Shown: positions 16,981-29,154 of the stretch, in pieces
How the letters are laid out: the number at the start of each line of letters is the position of its first letter
Position numbering within the stretch: the stretch's first letter is position 1
Assembly: GCA_937888765.1 (NCBI GenBank)
Contig: CALASU010000178.1
Coordinates: 1 to 32,878, forward strand
Source of the DNA: an uncultured Clostridia bacterium
GTDB lineage: Bacteria > Bacillota > Clostridia > Lachnospirales > Anaerotignaceae
Reading direction: 5' to 3'
Length of the DNA: 32,878 bases
The notes under the pieces: model-generated
Seen by the model: only the letters and a program-made list of their open reading frames with translations
Told to the model about the DNA's origin: nothing
The model's database searches: none
Program-made: the position numbers and the translations under genes

Positions 16981-17628
16981 ATGAAAATCGGTGTAATTGC
17001 AGGAACTCCTATAGATACACAGATGGGCGTTGAGTATATTATCTCTAAAGGCTTTGAAGCCATCGGCTTTGCCTGCAGTGCAAGTGCTTCTCAGCAGAAT
17101 GAAATGCAGATTCTGCACAAGGAAAAACTGCTCCAGATTGCAATAAACGGTTGTCTGGGCATGGTAAAACAGGGCGCAGAAGGCATCTTTTTAAACTGCA
17201 ATTCTCTTTCGGGTGCGATCAATATAAACAAACTGAAAGAAGAAGTGCCTGTATGCGTGGTAACGCCATTAGATATCTATAAGCTCTGTGCAGAAAAATA
17301 CAGCCGTCTTTCTGTGCTGGCCGCGAACGGGCAAAGCCTTTGTGCAATCGAACACACCATTCTTGATGTAAACCCCGGCTGTATGGTATTCGGGGCAGGC
17401 ATACTCCCTCTGGTTGTGGCAATCGAATCGGGTACTTCCTCCGAAAACATACACCACGATCTGAAATTAAAACAGCTTACGGAATGCTTTGAAGCCATTG
17501 GCTGTGAGGCACTGATCCTTGGCTGTACACACTTCCCTTATATTGAAAAAGAAATCCGAGATACTGTTTCCGTTGAAGTCATCAATCCCAGCGATCAGAT
17601 GCTGGATATTCTGAAAGCGGCACTATAA
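16981..17628 (+). CDS. Aspartate/glutamate racemase family protein
   Basis: Two catalytic Cys motifs CNSLS and LGCTHFP; start ATG 16981 after AGGAGG (215 aa). Confidence 0.9.
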   Translation: MKIGVIAGTPIDTQMGVEYIISKGFEAIGFACSASASQQNEMQILHKEKLLQIAINGCLGMVKQGAEGIFLNCNSLSGAININKLKEEVPVCVVTPLDIYKLCAEKYSRLSVLAANGQSLCAIEHTILDVNPGCMVFGAGILPLVVAIESGTSSENIHHDLKLKQLTECFEAIGCEALILGCTHFPYIEKEIRDTVSVEVINPSDQMLDILKAAL

Positions 17629-17629
17629 T

Positions 17630-17691
17630 AAAGAACCGATCTCCCAATCGTCAGATATTTCCTCTGCCTTTTGGGGACCGGTTCTTTTTTT
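17630..17691 (+). terminator. Terminator between convergent genes
   Basis: AAAGAACCGATCTCC..GGGGACCGGTTCTTTTTTT long-loop hairpin right after the racemase stop. Confidence 0.6.
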
Positions 17692-17749
17692 AGAATACTC
17701 TTGTTATATCAGTTTCCTGACCTGTCGCTATTCTGTCAGAAAACGCAGA

Positions 17750-20700
17750 TCATTTTGATACCATCACATTCTGCACAAAGTTTTTCAGCATCTGCGCCAC
17801 CTGCGCTCTTGTCGCTTCGCCGGAAGGAGCAAGCTGATTGTCGCCCATACCGCTGATGATACCGTTTTCTACTGCCCAGCAAAGTGCTGTTTCTGCATAT
17901 GCACTGGCATTTTCTGCATCTGCAAATCGGTCGATACTGCCGGATGCAGCAGGACTGCCTGCGTATCTGTACAGCATCACTGCCAGCTGTTCACGGGTAA
18001 CAGGATCATTCACACCAAACAGACCATTGTCGTAGCCGGAAACAATGCCTTTTTCTGCCGCCCATGCTACCGCTTCTGCATACCATGCACCATCCGCTAC
18101 ATCTGCAAAGCTGTTGTCCGCAATCGTTTCGGGATTATTTTCCAGATTATGCAGAACTTTTGCCAGCATACCGCGGCTCATAGCTGTATCAGGACTAAAC
18201 ATGCCATCTCCCATACCGCTGAACAGATTTCTTGCTGACGCAAAGTCAACTGCTTTTTCTGCCCAATGCTCTGCACCATGTACATCTGTAAATTCTGTGC
18301 TGTTATCCACGATTTTTGCAGTTGCACCCTCTGTCATTTTTAAAACGACCCCGTTTTCACCCAATACGGAAGTTTTTACGATTTCCTCTGTACCATCTTC
18401 GTAAACAATCACAGCTACTGTGTTTTCAGAAGCATCTTCCACAGGAATTTCAACTTTCACTGCTTCTGCATTTGCAGGAAGTTCTACTTTTACCGCTGTT
18501 TCCTGAGAGGTATTGACGCTCTGGATCGGCAATGTAACTGTTTCTCCGCTTTCCGCCGCTTTTTCGGAAATTGCTACGCTGTTTTCTGTCAGATTGCCGT
18601 CTGCATCTGTCACAGTTACGCTTGTTGTGCCGTCAGCCGTTGTGGTTGTAACAGTTTCTGTGCCGTCATTCTTTGTTTCCACAACCACCTGACTGCCGTC
18701 TGTATGTTCTGTTGTTTCGGTCACTGTACCTGTTTTTTCATCCGTAACCGTTGTTGTTGTACTGCCATCTGCATTTATTTCTGTTTCTGTCGTTGTTTCG
18801 GGTGTTGTCGGTTTTTCAGCTGTTGGCTTCTTGTTTCCGGAAGAACCGTTATTGGCGGAACCGCCGCCGGAGGAAGTGCTGCCGGAGGAATCAGAAGAAA
18901 CAGGCTTCAGTTTATAGCCGCTCAGAATACCATTTTCATCAAAGGTATAGATATACTCTCTGCCGCTTACGATCTCATCCGCAGGGATGATATCAGAATT
19001 TGCTTTCGCTGTCAGTGTCGTGCTGACATATCTGATCCCATAACTGCTGGTTCTGGGATCGCCGCCTTTTTCTTCATAGTATGCCCAGTTACCATCTTCC
19101 GTTTTCTGCCAGCCTGTCAGCAGGTAACCTGCATCATCATCAAAAAGATACTCGATCATACTGCCGTCAGCAGCCGCAAATTTCTGTGATCCTTTCAGGG
19201 TTTTACCATTGTACTTGAAATAGAAGTGGTCGCCGTCAGAAGTCTGATTCCAGCCATCATCTGCTTTACCCATATTGGTTGAAAAAATCTCTTTTTCGCC
19301 AAATTCCGGCAGTTCTCCTTCTGCAGGAAGTGCAACCGGTGCATAAATATAAAGGTAGATTTCTCCATCCTGTGTTACATCTGTTCTGATCTTCCACCAT
19401 GTATCCAGTTCACTATTTTCTGTAATATCCCTTGGTGTACCAAAGAATGTGCCGCTCTTATCTGCTCCATCGAAGAAAATAAAATTCATACCCTCTTTAT
19501 AGAAAAATGCATCTGTATGCAGAACAAGAGAACCCGCATAGCTGTCCTTATCATCTGCGTCGTACACTTCAAAATATGTACTTTCGGGAACTTCTGCATA
19601 AAACATGCTGGTTTCCATTTCGCCGTTGAGCATATCGCCTGCCGCTCTTGCAGCACCTGTACCTTTTTCACCGATCGTACCGATATACAGAGCCATATCC
19701 TTCATGGTTTCCTTTTCAGGCGCAATTATATTTTTCAGCTGACCATCGGTATGGAAATACGCTTCTTCAAAATTTTTTGCCTTTAAGCCTGTGAACTGAC
19801 CGCCGCCGCTGCCATTAGGACGATAAAACTCGACATGTGTCCATTCCTGTTTTGTTGCATCCATATTTACAACTGCATAAGAATCCTGTGCCTCGGGGTT
19901 CAATGTGATTTCTATGTTTGCCAGCGGCTTGGTATCATCCTCGGGATTTTTTCTGGAACCATCAGAATCATAGCTATAGCGATAATTCCGAATTAACTTT
20001 TCTGTATTTTGCACCGCTTCCGCAGGATAGGGTATCGTTACATCTTCTGCATTAGATACCTCTGCAAATCCACCGACGGTATTCACATCCATAGCATAGA
20101 ACAGATTATCATAGCTTGTCCACAGATCAAATACTTTCAGAACAGGATCTGTGCTTGTGTTTAATTTTGCTGTTTTACCATTTTCGGGGTCCAGATGCTT
20201 ATTTGCTTCCGCCATATCAAACATCACCAGATAGAGCAGTTCATCTTTCACATAAAGCCCTTCTGCGTTTCCTTTATTGATCTTTCCGTCTTCATCAAGT
20301 ATGTTTCCCAGATAAATATTCGTCCACGCGTCCTCAACGTTCATTGCGATTTCCCCATACTGCGGATAATATGTATAAAGAACCGCTTTGGACGCATCAT
20401 ATTCCCCATCTGTTTTACCGATCTCTACATAGTCAAAGGGTTTATACTCTGTTCTGTTTTCTTCCGCTTTCCAACCGGTGTAAGGTACTCTGTTTTCATC
20501 AAAAATTTTGATATAAAATTTTTCCTCTTTCTCATCTTCCCAGTAATCAAGGGCAACTGTGGCATGTCCGCCGCCACTCGCATAATAATATGTAATCAGA
20601 AAAGGTTCTCCATTATCAATCTTTGCCTTTGCCCTTGCTATATATTCTTCCATGGAGATAAAGCCTGCTTCTTCTTCATTCAGCATACTGACCCAATACG

Positions 20701-21499
20701 AATTTTCCAGCGCAGCAGTCGTCTTCTGTGAAAGCATATAATAGTTGATGATATCCAGAATATTCGCATCCTCATTCGGCGTATGCAGATCCATATACTC
20801 TTCCGCATCCTCCTGATACTCTTTCAATAACAATTTATTATCCTCATCCAGCTTTCCGCTCTGCGTCAGACGATTCAGGAGCATCGTTGTCGCAATCCCG
20901 AAGCAGGAACCACCCCATGTACTGTCTTTGATCAGGATCGTTCTCAGCTGCTACAGACCGTCAGGTTCTTTATCCAGCAGAATATTCGTCATTTCATCAC
21001 TGAGCTCATAGGTTGCAGGAAAACTATCCTCGCTATGCATAAAATTATTGGTATCCACGCCGATTTCAAAAGTCGTCGGCGTTGCCATCAGAAACTCTTT
21101 TAGATCTTTATAGTCCCCATCGCTCTCAGGAAGTTCAGGTTCTTCTTCAGATTCTTCTTCAGGTTCGATTTCGTTCAGCTGCTGAATGTCATTCTGCTGC
21201 TCGTCGTCAACCTGCTGCTCATCGTCTGCCTGCTGCTCGTCGTCCTGTTGCTCATCGTCAGCCTGCTGATCGCCGTCCTGTTGCTCATCGTCAGCCTGCT
21301 GCTCGTCGTCCTGCTGTCCGTCGTCCTGCTGTCCGCCGTCCTGCTGCTCGTCAGCCTGCTGCTGTTCGTCAGCCTGCTGCTGTTCGTCAGCCTGCTGCTG
21401 TTCCTGCTGTTGTTCAGCAGGCAGTTCATCAGCCAGTGCCACAGTCGGCATCATCATACTGCACGCCAGCAGCATCGCTAAAAACCGTTTTTTCTTCAT
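17750..21499 (-). pseudogene. SLH-anchored surface protein with papain-like domain, interrupted by one in-frame TAG
   Basis: ORFs 20951-21499 and 17750-20884 share a frame; TAG at 20951-20953 then QLRTILIKDSTWGGSCFGIATT. Signal peptide, Q/D/E repeats, GGSC/GGHA/IFDEN, cell-wall-binding-like aromatic repeats, Thr-rich linker, three SLH repeats (FSPD..MSRG, VTREQ, ATRAQ). Confidence 0.8.
21170..21420 (-). repeat. Low-complexity coding repeats (ADEQQQ / DDEQQ)
   Basis: 18-bp unit TGCTGTTCGTCAGCCTGC repeated, plus degenerate 15-21 bp units. Confidence 0.8.
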
Positions 21500-21662
21500 T
21501 GTTTATCCTCCTTTGCAATATTTACGAGGATCTGTTGCCTCATATTACAATAAGTTTCTTGTGATAGTTTACCAAAACATATATCATACAGCAATAAAAA
21601 TTATACAAAAAGATATTTTCTAAAGAAACCTTTAATTTCTCCATATATAATTCTTATGAAAT

Positions 21663-21706
21663 AAAAAGCAAAGGTACCGCGCATCCTGCACGATACCTTT
21701 ACTTTT
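21663..21706 (-). terminator. atp operon terminator
   Basis: GTAAAGGTATCGTGCA-GGA-TGCGCGGTACCTTTGC followed by TTTTT. Confidence 0.75.
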
Positions 21707-21738
21707 GATCTGCCATTCTGTCTGTATATAGCTTTCGA

Positions 21739-22158
21739 TCATTTTGGGGAGTGGCTGTATTTCTTTTTAAAAGCCAATCTCGCCATAGCTCTTGCCAGTT
21801 TTGCCTCAGAAATATGATGCTCCAGAAGACTCTGCGCCTGGCGCAATTCCTCCTGCGCTTCTTCCAGTGCCTGCTGTGCCCTGCGTTCATCGACTTCTTC
21901 CGGTCTTTCTGCGAAATCAACCAGCACAACAACTTTGTTATCATCAACCTGTGCGTATCCTACGCCGCTGACAGCCGGAATCCACTCATCATTTTCTGTC
22001 TGAATCCGCATTTCCCCTTCTGCCATGGCTACAACACAGCATTCGTGGTGCGCCATAATCCCCATCTGACCATCTACAGACGTAATAATAATCTGTTTGC
22101 ACAAACCGCTGTAAAACGTACGGTTTGTTGCAATGACATTCAGTTCAAATGTACTCAT
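21739..22158 (-). CDS. atpC: F1 epsilon subunit
   Basis: GQMGIMAHH, AERPEEVD..RA motifs; last gene of the operon. Confidence 0.95.
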   Translation of the reverse strand: MSTFELNVIATNRTFYSGLCKQIIITSVDGQMGIMAHHECCVVAMAEGEMRIQTENDEWIPAVSGVGYAQVDDNKVVVLVDFAERPEEVDERRAQQALEEAQEELRQAQSLLEHHISEAKLARAMARLAFKKKYSHSPK

Positions 22159-22164
22159 ACAGCA

Positions 22165-24431
<2,267 letters not shown>

Positions 24432-24454
24432 AACTTATACCTTCCTGTGGTCTG

Positions 24455-26266
24455 TTACTCCAGATAAAACTCCTTTGCGTCAGCAACTGCTTTCAGAATT
24501 TTTTCTGTCAGTTCTTCTGTCAGCACTTTTCCTGTTTCCAGTTCATGAATGATTTCGTCATAATTATCGTTCACATATTCCAGCATCTGCATCTGGAATT
24601 CCTTTATCCTGTTCTTAGGAATACCCAGAAACAGCTTATGATTTGCCGCACACAGTGTAATTACCTGTTCTGCCATAGACAGAGGTCTTGCCAGAGGCTG
24701 TTTCAACAACTCCATCAGACCCTGACCATGCTCCAGCTGACGTTTTGTTGTATCATCCAGCTCTGAGCTGAACTGTGTGAAGATTTCCATTTCTCTGTAC
24801 TGTGCCAGATCAATACGAATACTGCCCGCTGCTTTTTTCATGGCTTTTGTCTGCGCGTTGCCGCCTACACGGGATACGGACAGACCCACGTTTACAGCAG
24901 GTCGCTGACCTGCAAAAAACAGGGAGCTTTCCAGATAAATCTGACCGTCAGTAATGGAGATTACATTTGTAGGAATATACGCAGATACGTCACTCGCCTG
25001 TGTTTCGATGATCGGCAGTGCTGTGATAGAGCCGCCGCCCGCTTCGGGAGAAAGTCTTGCAGAGCGTTCCAGCAGTCTGGAATGCAGATAGAATACATCC
25101 CCGGGATATGCTTCACGACCGGGAGAGCGTTCCAGCAGCAGGGACAATGCTCTGTATGCAACTGCGTGTTTGGACAGATCATCATATACGATCAGTACAT
25201 CTTTGCCTTTATACATAAAATATTCTGCCAGAGAAGTACCCGAATAGGGCGCAATATACTGCAGAGCCGCAGGATCACTTGCCTGTGCAGAAACAATGAT
25301 TGTATAATCCAGTGCATCGTTTTCTTCCAGCATACGAACCTGTTTGGCAACACTGGATGCTTTCTGACCAATCGCAACATAAACGCAGATAACATCTTTA
25401 CCTTTCTGGTTCAGAATCGCTTCCATAGCAATACTTGTTTTCCCTGTCTGACGGTTTCCGATGATCAGCTCACGCTGTCCTCTGCCGATCGGGAACATGG
25501 CATCAATTGCCAGAATCCCTATTTCCATAGGAACGGAAATGGATTTTCTTTCTACGATACCGGGTGCACGATTTTCAATCGGTCTGTATCCAGATGCAGT
25601 GATTGCACCCTTGCCGTCAATCGGTTCGCCCAGTGCATTGACAACTCTGCCCAGAAAATCATCGCCAACAGGAACCCCTGCCATTTTTTCTGTTCTGATA
25701 ACTCTTGTGCCTTCTCGGATTCCTGTATCACGGCCAAAGATGATAATACCGATTTCATCCTTACGGATATCCTGCACCATGCCCTTTACGCCTGTATCAA
25801 AGATGATGACTTCGCCGTACATTGCATATTCGATCCCCCGAACAGTCGCAATGCCGTCCCCTACGAATGTAACGAAACCAACTTCTCTTTTATCTGTGTC
25901 AAATACAGATTCTTCGATTTCTTCTTTCAGAATGGAGATGATGTCAACATTTTCTTCTGATTTCTGTTTCTGTATACGCTCTGTCAGATTCTGCTCGATC
26001 TTCTGCAGTCTGCTGCGCATACTCCAGTCATATTCTTCGCCGCCCACACGGATCACGAAGCCGCCCAAAAGAGTCTTATCTTCTGTCATGATCGGCTCGA
26101 AGAATTCTGCGTTATATCTCTTCTTTATATATTCCTTGATTTTTTCCAGCTGTTCTTCTGTAGGAGGCACAACATAAAGAATTTCTACCTTCAGGCCGGA
26201 TTCTTTCTCACGCATATCGGCACATGCTTTCAATGCCTTTGCATCATCCATATCTGTCTGTTTCAA
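24455..26266 (-). CDS. atpA: F1 alpha subunit with N-terminally fused delta C-terminal domain
   Basis: 603 aa; aa about 25-94 carry delta C-domain motifs (EDKTLLGGFVIRVG..YDWSMRSRL); alpha from about aa 105 (GDGIA, GRGQRELIIG, REAYPGDVFY). Confidence 0.95.
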   Translation of the reverse strand: MKQTDMDDAKALKACADMREKESGLKVEILYVVPPTEEQLEKIKEYIKKRYNAEFFEPIMTEDKTLLGGFVIRVGGEEYDWSMRSRLQKIEQNLTERIQKQKSEENVDIISILKEEIEESVFDTDKREVGFVTFVGDGIATVRGIEYAMYGEVIIFDTGVKGMVQDIRKDEIGIIIFGRDTGIREGTRVIRTEKMAGVPVGDDFLGRVVNALGEPIDGKGAITASGYRPIENRAPGIVERKSISVPMEIGILAIDAMFPIGRGQRELIIGNRQTGKTSIAMEAILNQKGKDVICVYVAIGQKASSVAKQVRMLEENDALDYTIIVSAQASDPAALQYIAPYSGTSLAEYFMYKGKDVLIVYDDLSKHAVAYRALSLLLERSPGREAYPGDVFYLHSRLLERSARLSPEAGGGSITALPIIETQASDVSAYIPTNVISITDGQIYLESSLFFAGQRPAVNVGLSVSRVGGNAQTKAMKKAAGSIRIDLAQYREMEIFTQFSSELDDTTKRQLEHGQGLMELLKQPLARPLSMAEQVITLCAANHKLFLGIPKNRIKEFQMQMLEYVNDNYDEIIHELETGKVLTEELTEKILKAVADAKEFYLE

Positions 26267-26748
26267 TTCTTTTCACCCATTTCTGCAATAAATTCATCAT
26301 AGAAATTCTGGTTGGTTTCTGCTGTAACAGATTGTCCGACAACCTTTGTCGCTACTGCCATAACCAGAGTTTCAATTTCTGTTTCCATACTGCGCAGAGA
26401 TTTCGCTTTTTCTTCTGCAATGATTCTTTCTGTTCTGTGCAGTTTCTTTTCTGCGTCCTCATTTGCAGCTTTCAGAATGCGCTCATATTCTGCCCTTGCT
26501 TTTTTTCTTGCATCAGAAACGATCTGATCTGCTTCTTCCTTTGCATCTTTCAAGGAAATTTCATAGTCTTCCTTCAGCTTTTCAGCCTGCGCTTTTGCTT
26601 CTTCCGCTTCCGCAAACTGCTTTCTGATGATTTCTTCTCTTGCGGCGATAATACCATTAACCGGTTTGAACAAAAACTTTCTCATCAGGAAGTAAAGGAT
26701 CAACAGGTTGATAATGGTAAACACCAGATTAATGTCTAATCTAAGCAT
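26263..26748 (-). CDS. atpF: Fo b subunit
   Basis: N-terminal TM, FLFKPV..I..R, coiled coil; 161 aa. Confidence 0.92.
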   Translation of the reverse strand: MLRLDINLVFTIINLLILYFLMRKFLFKPVNGIIAAREEIIRKQFAEAEEAKAQAEKLKEDYEISLKDAKEEADQIVSDARKKARAEYERILKAANEDAEKKLHRTERIIAEEKAKSLRSMETEIETLVMAVATKVVGQSVTAETNQNFYDEFIAEMGEKN

Positions 26749-26763
26749 TTTTTTACCTCCCGA

Positions 26764-26991
26764 TTATTTACCCAAGAACATGATGATCAGAATAGCGATT
26801 ACGAAACCATAGATTGCTGTTGCTTCCGCCAGCGCACAGCCCAGCAGCAGCAGCTTTGTGATTTTACTTTCTGCTTCAGGCTGTCTTGCAATCGCATCCA
26901 TCGCTTTCCCTGTAGCAATACCGATACCAACACCTGCACCCAGACCTGTCATAACCGCCATAGCTGCACCAATACCTAACATAGAACTCAT
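26764..26991 (-). CDS. atpE: Fo c subunit
   Basis: GxGxGxG, ARQPE loop, conserved Glu in LAEATAIY. Confidence 0.97.
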   Translation of the reverse strand: MSSMLGIGAAMAVMTGLGAGVGIGIATGKAMDAIARQPEAESKITKLLLLGCALAEATAIYGFVIAILIIMFLGK

Positions 26992-27013
26992 GATTATCTT
27001 CTCCTTTTTTCTA

Positions 27014-27694
27014 TTATTCGATTGCTTCGTTAATGAACAGTGATGTTAAAAATACAAAAATGAATGCCTGCAGCAAACCATCAAAAATATCAAAGTACAG
27101 GCAGAACGGAACAGGCAGACCCACAGGAACGCAGATTTTCAGCAGTTCCATAACCGTGAACGCCCCCAGAATGTTACCAAACAGTCGCATACACAAAGAT
27201 ATGGGTTTGATCAGAAGTTCCAGAATGTTAATCGGTGCAATCAGCGCGATGGGTTCAGAGAATTTTTTCATCCATCCTTTTACACCTCTTGCATGAATCG
27301 CGGCATATTCGACCAGAATAATACTCATAATCGAAAGCCCTGCTGTCACATTCAAATCCTTTGTAGGCGGTTTCATACCAAACAGACCAACCGTATTCGC
27401 CAGACCCAGATAAATCAGAACAGTTACCAGATAAGAAGTGTATTTTTCCCCTTCTTCCCCCAGACTGCCCTTCAGCAGATTCTGCAGTGATGTCACAATG
27501 CTCTCCACAATAACCTGCCGTTTTCCGGGGTTTTCTACTGTAAATCCTCTTGTCAGCAGAATCGAGCCAATCACCATGACAACCATAATCAGCCATGTAA
27601 TCACAGTGGATTCTGCAATGGGAATACCGCCAATGGTAAATGCAGTTTCACAATTCAGCATTTCCATCAACTCATGCGAAATTTCTTGCATCAT
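27014..27694 (-). CDS. atpB: Fo a subunit
   Basis: PPTKD, SLCMRLFGNI (essential Arg) and LQAFIF motifs. Confidence 0.96.
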   Translation of the reverse strand: MMQEISHELMEMLNCETAFTIGGIPIAESTVITWLIMVVMVIGSILLTRGFTVENPGKRQVIVESIVTSLQNLLKGSLGEEGEKYTSYLVTVLIYLGLANTVGLFGMKPPTKDLNVTAGLSIMSIILVEYAAIHARGVKGWMKKFSEPIALIAPINILELLIKPISLCMRLFGNILGAFTVMELLKICVPVGLPVPFCLYFDIFDGLLQAFIFVFLTSLFINEAIE

Positions 27695-27762
27695 TTTTCT
27701 TCCCCTCCTTCAGTTTTTTTCCGTATTTCAGGATATTCCGCACAAAATCTCTTTCACTCTAT

Positions 27763-27791
27763 ATCATATATGATACTTCCAAATCCATCAA
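27763..27791 (-). promoter_or_regulatory. Candidate sigma-A promoter of atp operon
   Basis: TTGATG-N17-TATGAT; the -10 lies within the palindrome TATCATATATGATA (27762-27775). Confidence 0.45.
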
Positions 27792-27917
27792 TGTGCGAAA
27801 CCCATCATATTTTGCTGATTTTAGAATGGTATTTTTAGAAATTTTAACATTTTCTTTATTTGGTTAAAATTACTAAAAAATCCCCTTATCAAGAACAATC
27901 GTATTTCGGATACAAAC

Positions 27918-27947
27918 AAAAAAGCCGAAGCTGTTATGCTTCGGCTT
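27918..27947 (-). terminator. Rho-independent terminator
   Basis: AAGCCGAAGC-ATAACA-GCTTCGGCTT followed by a T-run. Confidence 0.8.
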
Positions 27948-27999
27948 GAATAGTCAAACAATTCTTTGATTCTATTACTGTATTCCTTCTGTAAAAGCT

Positions 28000-28572
28000 T
28001 CATGCTCTCTCAAATGTTACGGTATATGCCCCCAGCACCTGTGTACAGGGAATCTTCGCCGCATTTTCAACCGAAAAGGCATCTTTGGGATACACCTGTT
28101 TCACTTCCTCAGGATATGCAGGCAGAGTCACACCTATACTTTCTCCCGATGCACCATTTTCTAGCAGCCATCTGAAGCGGCAGTCACAGTATTCTTTATT
28201 TACCGTAATCTTTTCCGCAGGTTTAAACTGCTCGCTTTTGCCCAGAAAATAGCATCCGTCATTGTCCTTTTCCGCAGGGCAGGAACCCACTGTACCTCTT
28301 CCCGTAAACGAGATTTCCAGTAAATCCGTCCGAAACGTTACTGTTTTTTCTTTTCTTTCAAATGCTGCATTCTCCCAGAAACCAATGTTGAGCCATCCCC
28401 TGTTTCCATCTTTTTCAACAGGTGTATTAAACTCAATATACCCGTATGCTTCTTCTCTGATTTCTGCATTCAGACGAAGCACTGGACGCAAAGAAGTAAA
28501 GCCTTTTGGCAGGATCGCTCTTACCCTGTCCTGTTCCACGCCATATGCCATTACATACTGTTCCACTTTCAT
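28000..28572 (-). CDS. Hypothetical protein (possibly acetoacetate decarboxylase-like fold)
   Basis: 190 aa, GGAGG RBS, followed by a terminator; Y.V..DRVRAILP.GF resembles the ADC-like N-terminus (weak). Confidence 0.7.
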   Translation of the reverse strand: MKVEQYVMAYGVEQDRVRAILPKGFTSLRPVLRLNAEIREEAYGYIEFNTPVEKDGNRGWLNIGFWENAAFERKEKTVTFRTDLLEISFTGRGTVGSCPAEKDNDGCYFLGKSEQFKPAEKITVNKEYCDCRFRWLLENGASGESIGVTLPAYPEEVKQVYPKDAFSVENAAKIPCTQVLGAYTVTFERA

Positions 28573-29035
28573 TTGCCGACACCTCCAATCACCTTATCTG
28601 TTTTAAATACCGTTACATTGGGTGTATAGATGATATCATCATTATGAATGGGGTCTCCTGCATTTCTGTGCGGTTTATAAAAACCATCCCACATTTCCTG
28701 AGCAGTCAGGCAAAAATATAAGCCAGAACATCTGCAAAGACATTCTTCCTGCGCACTTGCCCCTCTTTCCACACCGCCGCCGGGATTAGACGCAGATGCA
28801 AAGTTATGCACGCATACTTTCTGACCCTTGTAGGCTGCTGCTGCCTCATAGCTTTTTTTTAGAAACGATAATTTTAGCAGGTGTTTCATAAACCTTTTTT
28901 TCTTCCTCTGCAATCATATCCTTTTCCAGAATCAGCTTCTGCTGTTCGATTGCTTTTTTCAGAGATTCTTTTAATTCGACATTTTCTTTACACAGTTTTT
29001 CTGTGTCCAGAAATACCTGTACATTCTTTTCCCAT
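28569..29035 (-). pseudogene. TIGR02452 / microbial PARG macrodomain pseudogene
   Basis: NFASASNPGGGVERGASAQEECLCR signature. ATG 29035 with RBS, frameshift within the first codons, second frameshift at the A8 run 28853-28860, C-terminal half missing after VFKTD. Confidence 0.85.
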
Positions 29036-29154
29036 ATGGATTTCTCCCTTCTTCTTGTTTTCCCACTTATGCCTTTCTGTTATGATTTTACGCTTTCCCT
29101 TTAAAGCGGATTATAACCATATATCATTATCTGATGCTTTCAAAAATACCTGCA

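Noticed and set aside
16981..17628. Calling the racemase murI
   Set aside because: Lacks the MurI DSGVGG and YG motifs and is shorter; substrate unknown.
5321..20953. Genome-wide TAG recoding or pyrrolysine
   Set aside because: TAG is the natural stop of the methyltransferase at 16095; the other in-frame TAG is in a multiply deleted pseudogene; no pyl genes in the window.
14993..21420. CRISPR array at either repeat tract
   Set aside because: Both tracts are spacerless, in-frame coding repeats; no cas genes.
24455..27694. N-ATPase operon
   Set aside because: Gene order is standard BEF(H)AGDC, no atpQ/atpR, delta is fused to alpha rather than b, and there is no Na+ motif.
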